Positions 19,945 through 30,044 of a stretch of 64,000 nt of DNA are shown in pieces. The notes under the pieces are model-generated. The model was given only the letters and a program-made list of their open reading frames with translations, had not been told where the DNA came from and did no database searches. The position numbers and the translations under genes were made by a program. The DNA is taken from the NCBI GenBank assembly GCA_000004985.1, contig GG738855.1. One strand, given 5' to 3'. Each line of letters opens with the position of its first letter. Positions within the stretch are counted from its first letter, which is position 1. Source of the stretch: Naegleria gruberi (taxonomy: Eukaryota).

Positions 19945-22182
19945 TTATTTCACCAAGTCCAAATAGTTTCCAGAATTATTATCAATATACTTGACCGAAC
20001 AAGACAAACAAGGAAGCAAAATTAAGGGAAGAGGAAGCAAAAACAATGTGGCAAACCCAAAAGAGTACTGTTCTGGATAAGCAATGATAATGGCATGATG
20101 AACGAATAAACAAATCAGACTACACAGTACGGTAATGTACATGTTAATGTACAAACAACGTTTGGTTTTCGAATAGAGAGCTCTACACTCCAAGCAACAC
20201 CACAAAAAGGCAATAAATATCGTTCCAGCAAACAAGAGAAACTCTACTACAAATAGTGGAATCATAGCCACTGCCCAATCAATCTCTGACTCAATAGAAA
20301 ATTGATGAGTAATCATGATTGAACACAGCATACTATAACAAAATGCCACTATTAAAATGATAGAGTTGCAAGTAGAAGTGAGCTTGGAAATCACTGTTCT
20401 GAATTTGATACTTCTCACAATCAACCAAATAAAACAATAAATCAGCATGATTGTCGAAAGTCCACCAAAAACGGCAAACAAATACCATGGAGATTGACTG
20501 AATTGAGAATGAGGCAGACACAAGTACAAATTCCACACAAGTGCAAAAACAATTCCACAAATAGATAAGAGTAACAATCCAATACATGACATGACACTAT
20601 CAAAAAACATCTTCCTCAAACTCAAGATATTCCTCTGTTTTTCCCTTCTCTTACTGTTATTCCTGAGCGCAATTCCAAGTTTCCTCGCTGAAAGTCTCAA
20701 CTCTATTATGGACGATACGAGAATATTAATCATTCCACAATAGAGTGGAAAGAATACCACAATCCAACTCCACTCATTCTCATAATCAATACCAACATTC
20801 ATCAACACTCCCTTAATGGAGAATCCCAATATGAAACATGTGAAAAAGATGTAAACCAAGGGTGCAGAAAATACAAAGTGAATAGAAGATAGCCCCTCAA
20901 TGTCATCCAAAATGAGTTGCTCTGATAGTGGAATAGTTGTGAAACGATCTGATTTTTTCTTTTCAATCTTTCTAAATATGTCAATTCCAAATTGTTTGAC
21001 TTTCTTTTCAGTTTTCAAACATTCACAATAACAATCCTTCTCGAAAATAATATCATTCACTCCCTCAATTGTTACCGATTTGTACTTTTTAAACATAGAT
21101 GGAGGTATCTGAACAGTTGATTCCTCGCTATCACAATCTGATTCATTAATTAGTGTCAATATTTCCATTTCTTCCTCTTCAGAAACATATTCTTCTGAGG
21201 TAAGAGTTTCTGATAATTGATGATCAATCAGAGCAGTTTGGCTAGCACCACTATTATTCGAAAACTCATCCATTTCAATTGAAATTACCTCCTGATGGTT
21301 TCTCTCACCACGTGGAGATTCAATATCCTCAATAAATTCCATAATTTTTGGTGGTGAAAAACATGAATTTTCTATTTTACAAACTCCTCCCAAGTCCAAT
21401 AGAGAAGGTTTCGTATTCACCTTCTTTCCATTCGACATTAAATAATTTAAATGATATTGACCTAAATTTCCACCCTTCTTCCTATTGAAAAAGTAATTCT
21501 TAACTGCCAATATTCTTCTCTTTACAACTTTTTCCTGCACATAAATATCAAAATCCTTAAAGTATAATAATTTCAATTCTCGTATCTTGATTTGATATAA
21601 TCTATTCCAAAAACGTTGTTCTCTATCCAGAAAATTGTACCACATTGAACAAGTATGTGATAAATTGACCATTGTCAAAGAATCATCCAAAAACTCTGAA
21701 ATAATCATCAAAATATCATTTGCAATAATATTCTCAAAATTATGCCATTCAACAGGTTTCAATCGTTGATTATTATTACGATGACGATGATGATGATGAT
21801 TTGCACCATCCAATATAATTGTTCCTTCCTCCTCCGAATCATCATTTCTATTTTCCATTATTATTGTTGTGGTGGTGTTGTGATTGTTGTTGTTATATGA
21901 AGAACTGAGGGCGTGAAAAATTCTGGCAATTGGTGATTTGGTATTGGTTCGTTGTTGATTGTTTATAATGGGAGAAGGTGGCTGGTCAGTTTGGATTGTG
22001 ATATGTTCTTCATCAACATCATGTCTTTCCATCAATAATTGATTACGAGATTGACTAACATGAGTAGTGACAGGTATTGGTGAGTCATCTTCGGAGAGGA
22101 GAGATTCAGAGTTTGCAAAACCAATTTCCGAAGTTTGAATTTGATGGTTGGATTTATTGGTGGATGATCGTTTTCTAGTCAT
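19945..22182 (-). CDS. F-box-like domain fused to a C-terminal polytopic (about 8-10 TM) membrane domain
   Basis: A single 745-aa ORF with ATG at 22182 after an A-run. The F-box-like segment is NDILMIISEFLDDSLTMVNLSHTCSMWYNFLDREQRFWNRLY. The C-terminal 330 aa consist of successive hydrophobic helices. It is paralogous to 35012..37813. Confidence 0.75.
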   Translation of the reverse strand: MTRKRSSTNKSNHQIQTSEIGFANSESLLSEDDSPIPVTTHVSQSRNQLLMERHDVDEEHITIQTDQPPSPIINNQQRTNTKSPIARIFHALSSSYNNNNHNTTTTIIMENRNDDSEEEGTIILDGANHHHHRHRNNNQRLKPVEWHNFENIIANDILMIISEFLDDSLTMVNLSHTCSMWYNFLDREQRFWNRLYQIKIRELKLLYFKDFDIYVQEKVVKRRILAVKNYFFNRKKGGNLGQYHLNYLMSNGKKVNTKPSLLDLGGVCKIENSCFSPPKIMEFIEDIESPRGERNHQEVISIEMDEFSNNSGASQTALIDHQLSETLTSEEYVSEEEEMEILTLINESDCDSEESTVQIPPSMFKKYKSVTIEGVNDIIFEKDCYCECLKTEKKVKQFGIDIFRKIEKKKSDRFTTIPLSEQLILDDIEGLSSIHFVFSAPLVYIFFTCFILGFSIKGVLMNVGIDYENEWSWIVVFFPLYCGMINILVSSIIELRLSARKLGIALRNNSKRREKQRNILSLRKMFFDSVMSCIGLLLLSICGIVFALVWNLYLCLPHSQFSQSPWYLFAVFGGLSTIMLIYCFIWLIVRSIKFRTVISKLTSTCNSIILIVAFCYSMLCSIMITHQFSIESEIDWAVAMIPLFVVEFLLFAGTIFIAFLWCCLECRALYSKTKRCLYINMYITVLCSLICLFVHHAIIIAYPEQYSFGFATLFLLPLPLILLPCLSCSVKYIDNNSGNYLDLVK

Positions 22183-22335
22183 TTTTTTAATGTCGTTTCC
22201 ACCGAGATGACAAATGAAAACTTGTTTTAAAAGATGTTTGGTTGACCTCAGTTTTATGAACCAAATTATGAACTTCTTAACATCATAACTATTTGTATTC
22301 TTAATTTTGTAAACAAGTTCTTTGATTGAATTTAA
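22137..22335. repeat. Direct repeat copy A. It covers the 5' end of the F-box/TM gene plus the spacer up to the DUF4116 ATG.
   Basis: Hand alignment to 23645..23890. For example, gatttattggtggatgatcgttttctagtcatttttttaatgtcgtttc aligns with gatttattggcggaagatcgttttcttgtcatttctttaatatcgtttc with 5 mismatches in 49 nt, and aaaagatgtttggttga aligns with aaaagatgtttggctga. Confidence 0.7.
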
Positions 22336-22340
22336 AAAAA

Positions 22341-23609
22341 ATGCTCAAACGTTTCAACAAATTTCCTCTCAAAATGATCATCTTGCCCTCTGGATACACA
22401 CCTACGCTCCGACAATCACATTCCAATCAAAATGTTGAAAACAACTCCTCCTCCTACCTCAACAATCTTCAAAATATGATCAATGAGGCTTGTTATTCAG
22501 ATGTTGTTGGATCCTATCTCAAAACTGAATTGGTGGATGCCTACATGCAAAAGAATCCCTTCCCAAATAATCAATCAATAATGGAGGAGGGAGTCACACG
22601 TTTAGGATATCTTTTGAAATATTCCAATGACAATGTTAAGAGAAATAAGAATCTTGTTAGTTCTGCTTTGAATGATGAATATCAAAATGAGGTGTTTGAA
22701 TTTTCACATGAATCACTGCGATGTGACAAGTCATTTATTATTGAGAATGTCATTGGAAAGTGTCATGTAATATTACCTTACTTGTGTGATGAATTAAAAA
22801 GAGACAAGGAATTAATCTTGAAAATTATAGAAAGAAATTGTCGTGACTTGTACTATGCCCCTGATGAATTGAAAAGTGACAGGGATATTATTGCAATGGC
22901 AGGTAGAACGAATTTGATGGTCGCTTATGAAAATGGTTCCAAAGAAATACAGCAAGACAGAGAATTCTGGAAGGATTTAATGTCATCAAAATGTTGCAGT
23001 TTTGTTTTTGGAATCCCATTTCCCTTAAATAACGATTTGGAGATGATGAATATTGCTGTGGAGCGTAATTCATTTTTTGCAATTAGTTCAACTTCGAATG
23101 AATTAAGAAATGATCGAGAGCTCATATTAAAAGCAGTGAAATTGGATGGATGGGCTCTCAAGTGGGCATCTGTTGAATTGCAAGATGATTTTGAGATTGT
23201 TTTGGAAGCTGTTAAATGTACTGGGCTTGCTTTTGAGTATGCTTCTGAAAAATTGAGAAATAATGAGATTATTACAATGGAGGCAGTGAAAACATATCCA
23301 AATGCACTATATCATACTCCAACATTGTATGATAATTGGCAGATTGTCATGACAGCTGTCAAAGTGAATGGATGGGCTCTCAAGTGGGCGTCTGATAAAT
23401 TACAAGGAGATTTTGAAATTGCTTTGGAAGCTGTCAAATCAAATGGTGAAGCTCTCCAGTTTGCATCTAAGGAATTGAGAAGTAATAAGATGATTGTAAT
23501 GGAGGCAGTAAAACAGAATGAATTTTCCATCAGATTTGCTTCTGAAGAGCTTCAAAATGATAGTGAAGTTGTAGCTGCTTCTAGAAAATACAGAATATCT
23601 AAAATGTGA
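22341..23609 (+). CDS. DUF4116 repeat protein
   Basis: ORF 22326..23609, with the first ATG at 22341 after an A-run. It contains at least 8 tandem units of about 30 aa of the DUF4116 type (..D.E.vL.AVK.nG.AL.yAS.eLr.D..iv..AV..). Examples are VKLDGWALKWASVELQDDFEIVLEAVK, GLAFEYASEKLRNNEIITMEAVK and GEALQFASKELRSNKMIVMEAVK. Confidence 0.8.
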   Translation: MLKRFNKFPLKMIILPSGYTPTLRQSHSNQNVENNSSSYLNNLQNMINEACYSDVVGSYLKTELVDAYMQKNPFPNNQSIMEEGVTRLGYLLKYSNDNVKRNKNLVSSALNDEYQNEVFEFSHESLRCDKSFIIENVIGKCHVILPYLCDELKRDKELILKIIERNCRDLYYAPDELKSDRDIIAMAGRTNLMVAYENGSKEIQQDREFWKDLMSSKCCSFVFGIPFPLNNDLEMMNIAVERNSFFAISSTSNELRNDRELILKAVKLDGWALKWASVELQDDFEIVLEAVKCTGLAFEYASEKLRNNEIITMEAVKTYPNALYHTPTLYDNWQIVMTAVKVNGWALKWASDKLQGDFEIALEAVKSNGEALQFASKELRSNKMIVMEAVKQNEFSIRFASEELQNDSEVVAASRKYRISKM

Positions 23610-23644
23610 AATTAACTCAAAAAATACCATGTTTCATCCAATCT

Positions 23645-23890
23645 CAGTTAGAGTTTGTTGCATCCTTTTTGGAATCTTCCTCTACATTTACACAAGAGAG
23701 TTGTTTGTGATTAATAATGAATTTGATGATTTATTGGCGGAAGATCGTTTTCTTGTCATTTCTTTAATATCGTTTCTGTGACAAGTGAAATCTTCAAAAG
23801 ATGTTTGGCTGATGGTTATTATTGGTTACCAAATCATAACATCCTTTAAAATAATTATTCCTCTTTGTGAACTATTCAATTAAACTAAAG
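23645..23890. repeat. Direct repeat copy B, a diverged copy of 22137..22335 lying 3' of the DUF4116 gene
   Basis: See copy A. This copy contains a dead start region of an F-box/TM paralogue and a copy of the promoter spacer. Confidence 0.7.
23688..23759 (-). pseudogene. Truncated 5' stub of an F-box/TM paralogue (24 codons then stop)
   Basis: The minus strand from 23759 reads ATG ACA AGA AAA CGA TCT TCC GCC AAT AAA TCA.. = MTRKRSSANKSSNSLLITNNSLV*. The intact neighbour begins MTRKRSSTNKSNHQIQTSE... (22182 downwards). No continuing ORF follows. Confidence 0.6.
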
Positions 23891-23899
23891 TATTCAAAA

Positions 23900-24811
23900 T
23901 TAGTCCAATTCAAATTTGTAATCGAGATCAGGACGTCTTTCTGAAATGTCACCCTCAAATTTAAGCAATTGTTTTTTGACTGACGTCTTTTTATCCAAAG
24001 GTTGATATCTTTGATAAGCTCCAATTCTCAAATCTTGTGAAACATATGATGGCTCATTATAGTCATTCTTTGGAACAATTAGAGGTGCCTTATTACTCGA
24101 CTTCAAATATCTTTGTTGAATGGATTGAGTCGTTTCTTGTCTTTCATTTTCAACAGTTTGATTATTAGACATCTTTTTCAATTGATCCTGTTCAAATTCC
24201 TTTAATTGTCTTCCGACCAACTTTAAATGAGATCTACGCATAGCTTGATACTCAATTGGAAGAGGCTTCCTTTCAGAATCCAAATCTTTCAACATTGTTT
24301 GTCTATCAGCAGAAGGAGCTGCCATAACTAATGGTGAACGACCTGTTGGTATATTTGTAAATAATTCCTCAGTTCCCTCTGCATAGAATCTATTGTAAGG
24401 TCTCCACGATACAAATGACCTAGTATGTTTTGAATCCTCATCCTCATCATCAATTCCTCTAACTGCTTTATCAATTTCATCACTCAAAAACATGGCACTT
24501 CTCAAAACTCTCAAATCAGTAACCTTTCCTCCAGTATCTCTGAAGAAATCTTCCAGTGCTCTTTTCTGTTTCTCTCTATTGGTTATTCTCCTCTCCAAGG
24601 CTTGTTGCTCTGCAGATTTTGCAAAGAGTGATTCCGAACTTGTAAGTGCTGGACTTCCAATAATTACTCTCTTTACATGTTCCGAAAGTAAATGTCTCAA
24701 GAAACGATAGGAAAGCAAACTGACAAGCGATGCTATCAGTGATATCTATTAAATGATTGCAATTTTAATTATCTTTCCGATTAATAATATACTTACAAGT
24801 GATGATCCCAT
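23900..24811 (-). CDS. Hypothetical protein (about 286 aa) with an N-terminal hydrophobic anchor
   Basis: Model: complement(join(23900..24745,24797..24811)). A 5-codon first exon ATGGGATCATCACTT is followed by a 51-nt intron (GTAAGT..AATAG) and then ISLIASLVSLLSYRFL.., in frame with track ORF 23900..24718. No family recognised. Confidence 0.65.
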
Positions 24812-24994
24812 CTAGATAATATCCTCAAATAAATATTAAATTTCCAAAATAATTGTTTAATTCACTCTCCTATTTTAATTTAGAGTTTTTGAAAATGGAA
24901 GTGAAGAAGGAAATAATGCTGATGAAGGATGAAGGGATGAAGGTTGCTCTATTTTTTAAATTTAAAATCTTTTAATAAACAAATTATTAAAAAA

Positions 24995-25572
24995 ATGTCG
25001 GAAAGTGAATCATTAAATTCCATCACCACAAATGATGATCAGCAGCAAATAGTTGTAACAGAGGAAGGGAAGAGTGAAATAAACGAGGAAATTGAAACTT
25101 TGGGAGAAGGAGAAAATAATAGACCATCACCACTTATACCTAAAGAATTAGTTTTTGATTCTAAATTGATACAATATATTTCCGAGTATAGAGATGAAAT
25201 TAAGATGAAGCCGAGATGTGATTTGTTGGAGTGTGAAGCTAAATCATTGGAAGTTTTAATTAATGATCAAGGATTTAAGTATGTGACGAGAAAAATGATG
25301 GGAAAAGAACATTTGGAAGAAGCTTTTTTCATTGAATTTTTAGAAAGCTATTGCTTAGGTAGGTATTATTTATTGAGTGCATTTGATAAAATTCGAATAT
25401 TTGAACTCTTTCAGATTATTACAATTTCATAAATACGGGAGAGGAATTAAATCATGATGAAGAGGAAATTCAAACCCCTGAAGAGGATACATCATCATCA
25501 ACTACAAAAGTACAATCCAATGTTGTGATTGAAGAGTTGACCAATACTGAAGATCTGAAACAAAATGAATAA
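24995..25572 (+). CDS. Hypothetical small acidic protein (about 173 aa)
   Basis: Model: join(24995..25358,25415..25572), with ATG after an A-run. The 56-nt intron (GTAGGT..TTCAG) removes the in-frame stop and continues ..ESYCL-DYYNFINTGEEL..EDLKQNE*. No family recognised. Confidence 0.65.
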
Positions 25573-25748
25573 TATTCAAATAAACACTATTATTCATTCC
25601 AAAAAAAATCACCATCCACTCAATTCCATTATTTATTTAATTAATTTATGATATTAATTCCTCTCAGTGGTAGATTAATTCCTAAATGAAATTTAAAAAG
25701 AAAGAGAAAACTGGTTGAATCAAAAAAGAAATAAAGTTTTATTAAAAA

Positions 25749-26232
25749 ATGCCACGACCATCAATTACACCAAAGACTTTCAAGAGTTTGAATTATATTC
25801 TCGATAATAGAGTTGTTTTTCCAACTAATTTGAAGAAAATAACGACCATCTATAACTCTTACGGAGGACAGGTAAACTCTATTTCTAGAGATTTTGTTGT
25901 TAAACACTATCCAGCTATTCAACATTTCAACCCACAAACAGAATGCAAGAGAGTTAAATATAACAAGACTTCAGGTTTTGCTAAAATTGTCATTGAATTG
26001 GGTAAGTAATTATTATGCGGAACTAATCAAGAACAACAACAACATTACAGATGACGGAACACAAACAGCCATCAAGGTTCAAGAAACAGATAATGAACAA
26101 ACTCTTGCCGAACGTATTAAACAAACTGCTCTCTCATTAACTGAAACTCAATACGAACCAGAAGTTGCTATTTTCATCAAGGATTTTGCTAAGCGTGTTC
26201 AAGAATCCAAGTCATTGGTCCAACAACAATAA
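25749..26232 (+). CDS. MRPS25: Mitochondrial ribosomal protein mS25 (L51/S25/CI-B8 thioredoxin-like domain)
   Basis: Model: join(25749..26001,26051..26232) with a 49-nt intron (GTAAGT..TACAG). The N-terminus KSLNYILDNRVVFPTNLKKITTIYNSYGG...SRDFVVKHYPAIQHFNPQ parallels MRPS25 [46 protein letters not shown]. Confidence 0.72.
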
Positions 26233-26569
26233 TTTAACTACTAGTATTAAATCATAATAACAATGGAAACATAGGATTTACCGAGACAAATATATTTTGA
26301 AATTAGGAATTAGAATAAACATCACCGATAGATTTTAGAATTTATTAATTTCTTACTTTAGATAATTATTAAGGATAATTCTCCCAATCTGTTAATCTAA
26401 ATATAAAGGAAGGGAGCATTCTGTTTGTGAAGAGAGTGTTATCATTATCAAATATGAATACTTTTGGATTTTCGTTGAACAAGGTAGCCGGTGCACATTT
26501 GATATTGTCATCACGTGCCCATCATAAAAATAAAATTGCAATTCATATTGTTGAAAATTAAAATAAAAA

Positions 26570-29500
26570 ATGAGTAAACTCCAAGAAGTAGACGCAAGTA
26601 TTAACTTTGCTAGAGAAGAAGAAAAGACTTTGTCGTATTGGAAAGAAATCGACGCCTTCAATACCAGCTTGAAAAAGTCGGAAGGAAAGAAGCCATTCTC
26701 CTTCTATGATGGTCCACCATTCGCAACAGGGTATGTAAAAATCATCATAACTTGGAAAGCCTAACAATCTATTTAAATGTTGTTGTATATAATGACGATC
26801 TATTAATTATATTACATAGTGTAAGTATTAACTAGGTGATTCAATCAGTATTTACAATTATTTTCAGCTTCCTCACTATGGTCACATTTTAGCAGGTACT
26901 ATTAAAGACGTTGTTACCAGATATGCTCACCAAACTGGTCACTATGTTGAAAGAAGATTTGGTTGGGATTGTCACGGTCTTCCAATTGAATTTGAAATTG
27001 AAAAGATTTTGAAGAGAGACAAGATTTTCGAGGAAAAACTCTTGTCAGAAGAAGAGTTGAAAAACGAAGAATTGATCAAAAAGAAGATTTCAGAAATGAC
27101 TTTGAGTCGTGCTGATATCGAAGAATATGGTATTGCCAGATATAATGACAAATGTGAATCTATTGTCATGAAATACTCTTCCGAATGGGAACAAATCATT
27201 ACAAGATTGGGAAGATGGATTGACTTTAAGAATGACTACAAGACAATGAACTTCTCATTTATGGAAAGTGTTTGGTGGGTTTTCAAGCAATTATGGGATA
27301 AGAATTTGGTTTATAAAGGAGTTCGTGTCATGCCATACAGTACAGGTTGTACAACACCACTCTCCAACTTTGAAGTCACACAAGGATACAGAGATGTCCA
27401 AGATACTGCCATCACAGTTGCTTTCCCAATTAAGAGTGAAGATGAAAAATTCAAGGATACAAGCTTTTTGGTTTGGACAACTACTCCATGGACATTGCCA
27501 AGTAACTTGGCTCTCTGTGTTAATCCTGAATTCACATATGTTAGAGTTTATGATGAACAAAAGAAATGGTACTTTATCGTTTTGAAGGATTTGGCTTCTA
27601 AATATTTCAAGAAGGTCAAAACTGAAGGTGAATTTAAGGGAAGTGATTTGGTTGGTATGAAGTATGAACCTCTCTATAATTTCTATGCTGAAGAATTTGC
27701 TGATGCTTTTAGAGTTATTTCCGATGATTACGTCACAAATTCAAGTGGTACTGGTATTGTCCATCAAGCTCCAGGTTTTGGTGAAGACGATAACCGTGTT
27801 TGTGCCAAGTTTGGAATTATTGATAACAAGACTAGATTACCTCCATGTCCTTTGGATGATATTGGTCGTTATGTTTCACCAATTGAAACTTTCAAGGGAA
27901 TGTACATCAAGGATGCTGATCCATTGATTATTGAAGATTTGAGAAGCAGACTCAGACTTTTCAAGAAGGAAGGTATTACCCACAAGTATCCATTCTGTTG
28001 GAGATCTGATACTCCATTGATTTACAAGACTGTTCCATCTTGGTTCGTTAGAGTTACTGATTTAAGAGATAGACTTCTTGAAAACAATAAGCAAACTTAT
28101 TGGGTTCCTGAACACGTTCAAGAAGGTAGATTCCACAACTGGCTTGCTGATTGTAAGGATTGGACCATTTCTAGAAGTAGATATTGGGGTACTCCAATTC
28201 CTGTCTGGATGAGTGAGGATGGTGAAGAAATGGTTGCTGTTGGTTCTGTTGCTGAATTGGAACAATTGACTGGTATCACTGGAATTAACAATCTCCACAG
28301 ACAACACATTGACAAGCTTACTATTCCTAGCCAAAAGGTACCTGGTAAGGTTTTGAAGAGAGTCAGTGATGTCTTTGATTGTTGGTTTGAATCTGGTTCT
28401 ATGCCATATGCTCAAAACCACTATCCATTTGAAAACCCAGAAAAGTTCCAAGACTCTTTCCCAGCTGATTTCATTGCTGAAGGTTTGGATCAAACTAGAG
28501 GTTGGTTCTACACTTTGTTGGTTTTGGGTACTGCTTTGTTTGACAAGTGTCCATTCCAAAATGTTATTGTAAACGGTCTCGTCCTTGCTGAAGATGGTTC
28601 CAAGATGAGTAAGAGTAAGAAGAATTATCCAGATCCACAAATTGTTATTGACAAGCACGGTTCTGATGCCTTGAGATTATATTTGATCAACTCACCAGTT
28701 GTTAGAGCTGAACCACTCAAGTTCAAGGAAGATGGTGTTTTCGATGTCGTCAAGGAAATCTTGTTGCAATGGTACAATGCTTACAGATTCTTTGTTCAAT
28801 CTGTCAAACGTTATGTTGACGAAACTGGTGAAGATTTTAACAGTGATATTGCCAATGCTGCCAAGATTGATAATATCATGGACAAGTGGATCATTTCCTC
28901 TAGCAACAGTTTGTTGAAGAATATTAGTGCTGAAATGAAGGCCTATCGTTTGTATAATGTTACACCAAAGTTGGAAGGTTTCATTGACCATCTTACTCGT
29001 TGGTATGTCAAGATTAACAACAAGCGTTTGAAGGGTGAACAAAAGGATCAAACTAAGGAAGATAGATTGTCTGCCTTGTCTGCTATGTTCATTGCTTTGT
29101 ATAATGTTGTTAGAATTATGGCTCCATTCACTCCATTCTTGACTGAAAAGATGTATCAAAATCTTAAGAACTTGCTCACAAAGAGTGAAGATTCTGTCCA
29201 CTATGAAATGCTCCCAGAATGTGATGAATCCAAGATTGATTTGGAAATTGAAAGAACTGTTGAAGCTATGCAAGCTGTCATTAAGGTTGGTAGAACTTTG
29301 CGTGTCAGAAAGAACATTCCTTCCAGAACTCCAGTATCTTCCTACATTGTTTGTAACATTGATGAAGATTTCATTAGAAGAGTTAAGAGTATGGAATACT
29401 TTATCAAGAAGGAACTCAACATTCATGGATCTGTTATTGCTACAAGCAACATTCAAGAATATAGTGTTAAATTGGAAGCTACTCCAAATAACAAGGCTTT

Positions 29501-30029
29501 GGGTGTTCGTTTGGGTAAGAAGTTCAAGGATGTCTATAAGGCAATTACTGGTTTGAAACACGAAGAATTGGTTTCATTCTTGATGAAGAAGGAAATTGTT
29601 TTGTGCGGTGAAACTATCAACAATGAAGACTTGATTGTGGCTAACAAGTTTGTTGGTACTGAAAAGAATTACTTTGCTGATGAATGTGGTACTGGTACTT
29701 TGATTTTGAACACTGACTTGTCAGAAGAATTGAAGGAATTAGGTTTCGTCAGAGAAGCTGGTAGTAAAGTCCAACAAATGAGAAAGGAAGCTCGTCTCAA
29801 GTTTGAAGATAAGGTTGACGTTTTCTTGACTGGTAAGAGTTCTCAAACAGTAGTTGAAGTTTTGAAGAAGCACTCTGCCACTCTTGCTCAACATTTGAAG
29901 GGTATGGACGTCTTCTTTGAAGCTGTTCCTTCTGGAAAGGATTTGATCATTCAACAAGAAATGAATGTTGACAGATTAACTCAAGAAGAAAGCAATGTTG
30001 TTGTTTTCACGTTGATTAGAAAAGAATAA
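26570..30029 (+). CDS. IARS1: Isoleucyl-tRNA synthetase, cytosolic (eukaryote/archaeal) type
   Basis: Preferred model: join(26570..26730,26820..26820,26868..30029). Alternative: join(26570..26734,26868..30029). Motifs are [10 protein letters not shown] / [14 protein letters not shown] (HIGH), [43 protein letters not shown] and KMSKSKKN (KMSKS). Confidence 0.95.
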
Positions 30030-30044
30030 ATTTTTGAAAATATT

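Noticed and set aside
26512-26517. A CACGTG E-box/G-box palindrome 53 nt upstream of the IleRS ATG
   Set aside because: A 6-mer palindrome that also occurs several times inside coding regions (e.g. near 9779, 61107 and 63931). There is no evidence of promoter specificity within this window.
27009-27110. A K/E-rich segment of about 25 aa in IleRS ([30 protein letters not shown]), absent from the human enzyme, considered as a retained intron
   Set aside because: It is in frame and stop-free. The only candidate GT..AG pair (GTCAGA..TTTCAG, 50 nt) produces an immediate frameshift and stop. I treat it as a lineage-specific insertion.
28062-29561. Long antisense ORFs inside IleRS (28062..28658, 28692..29561). 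Similar shadow ORFs occur in other genes (2652..3113, 13410..14021, 15558..16052, 47496..47783, 48749..49057).
   Set aside because: They lie opposite strongly supported conserved coding sequence, are low-complexity and S/L/F/N-rich, and lack start context. They are classic shadow ORFs of biased-composition genes.
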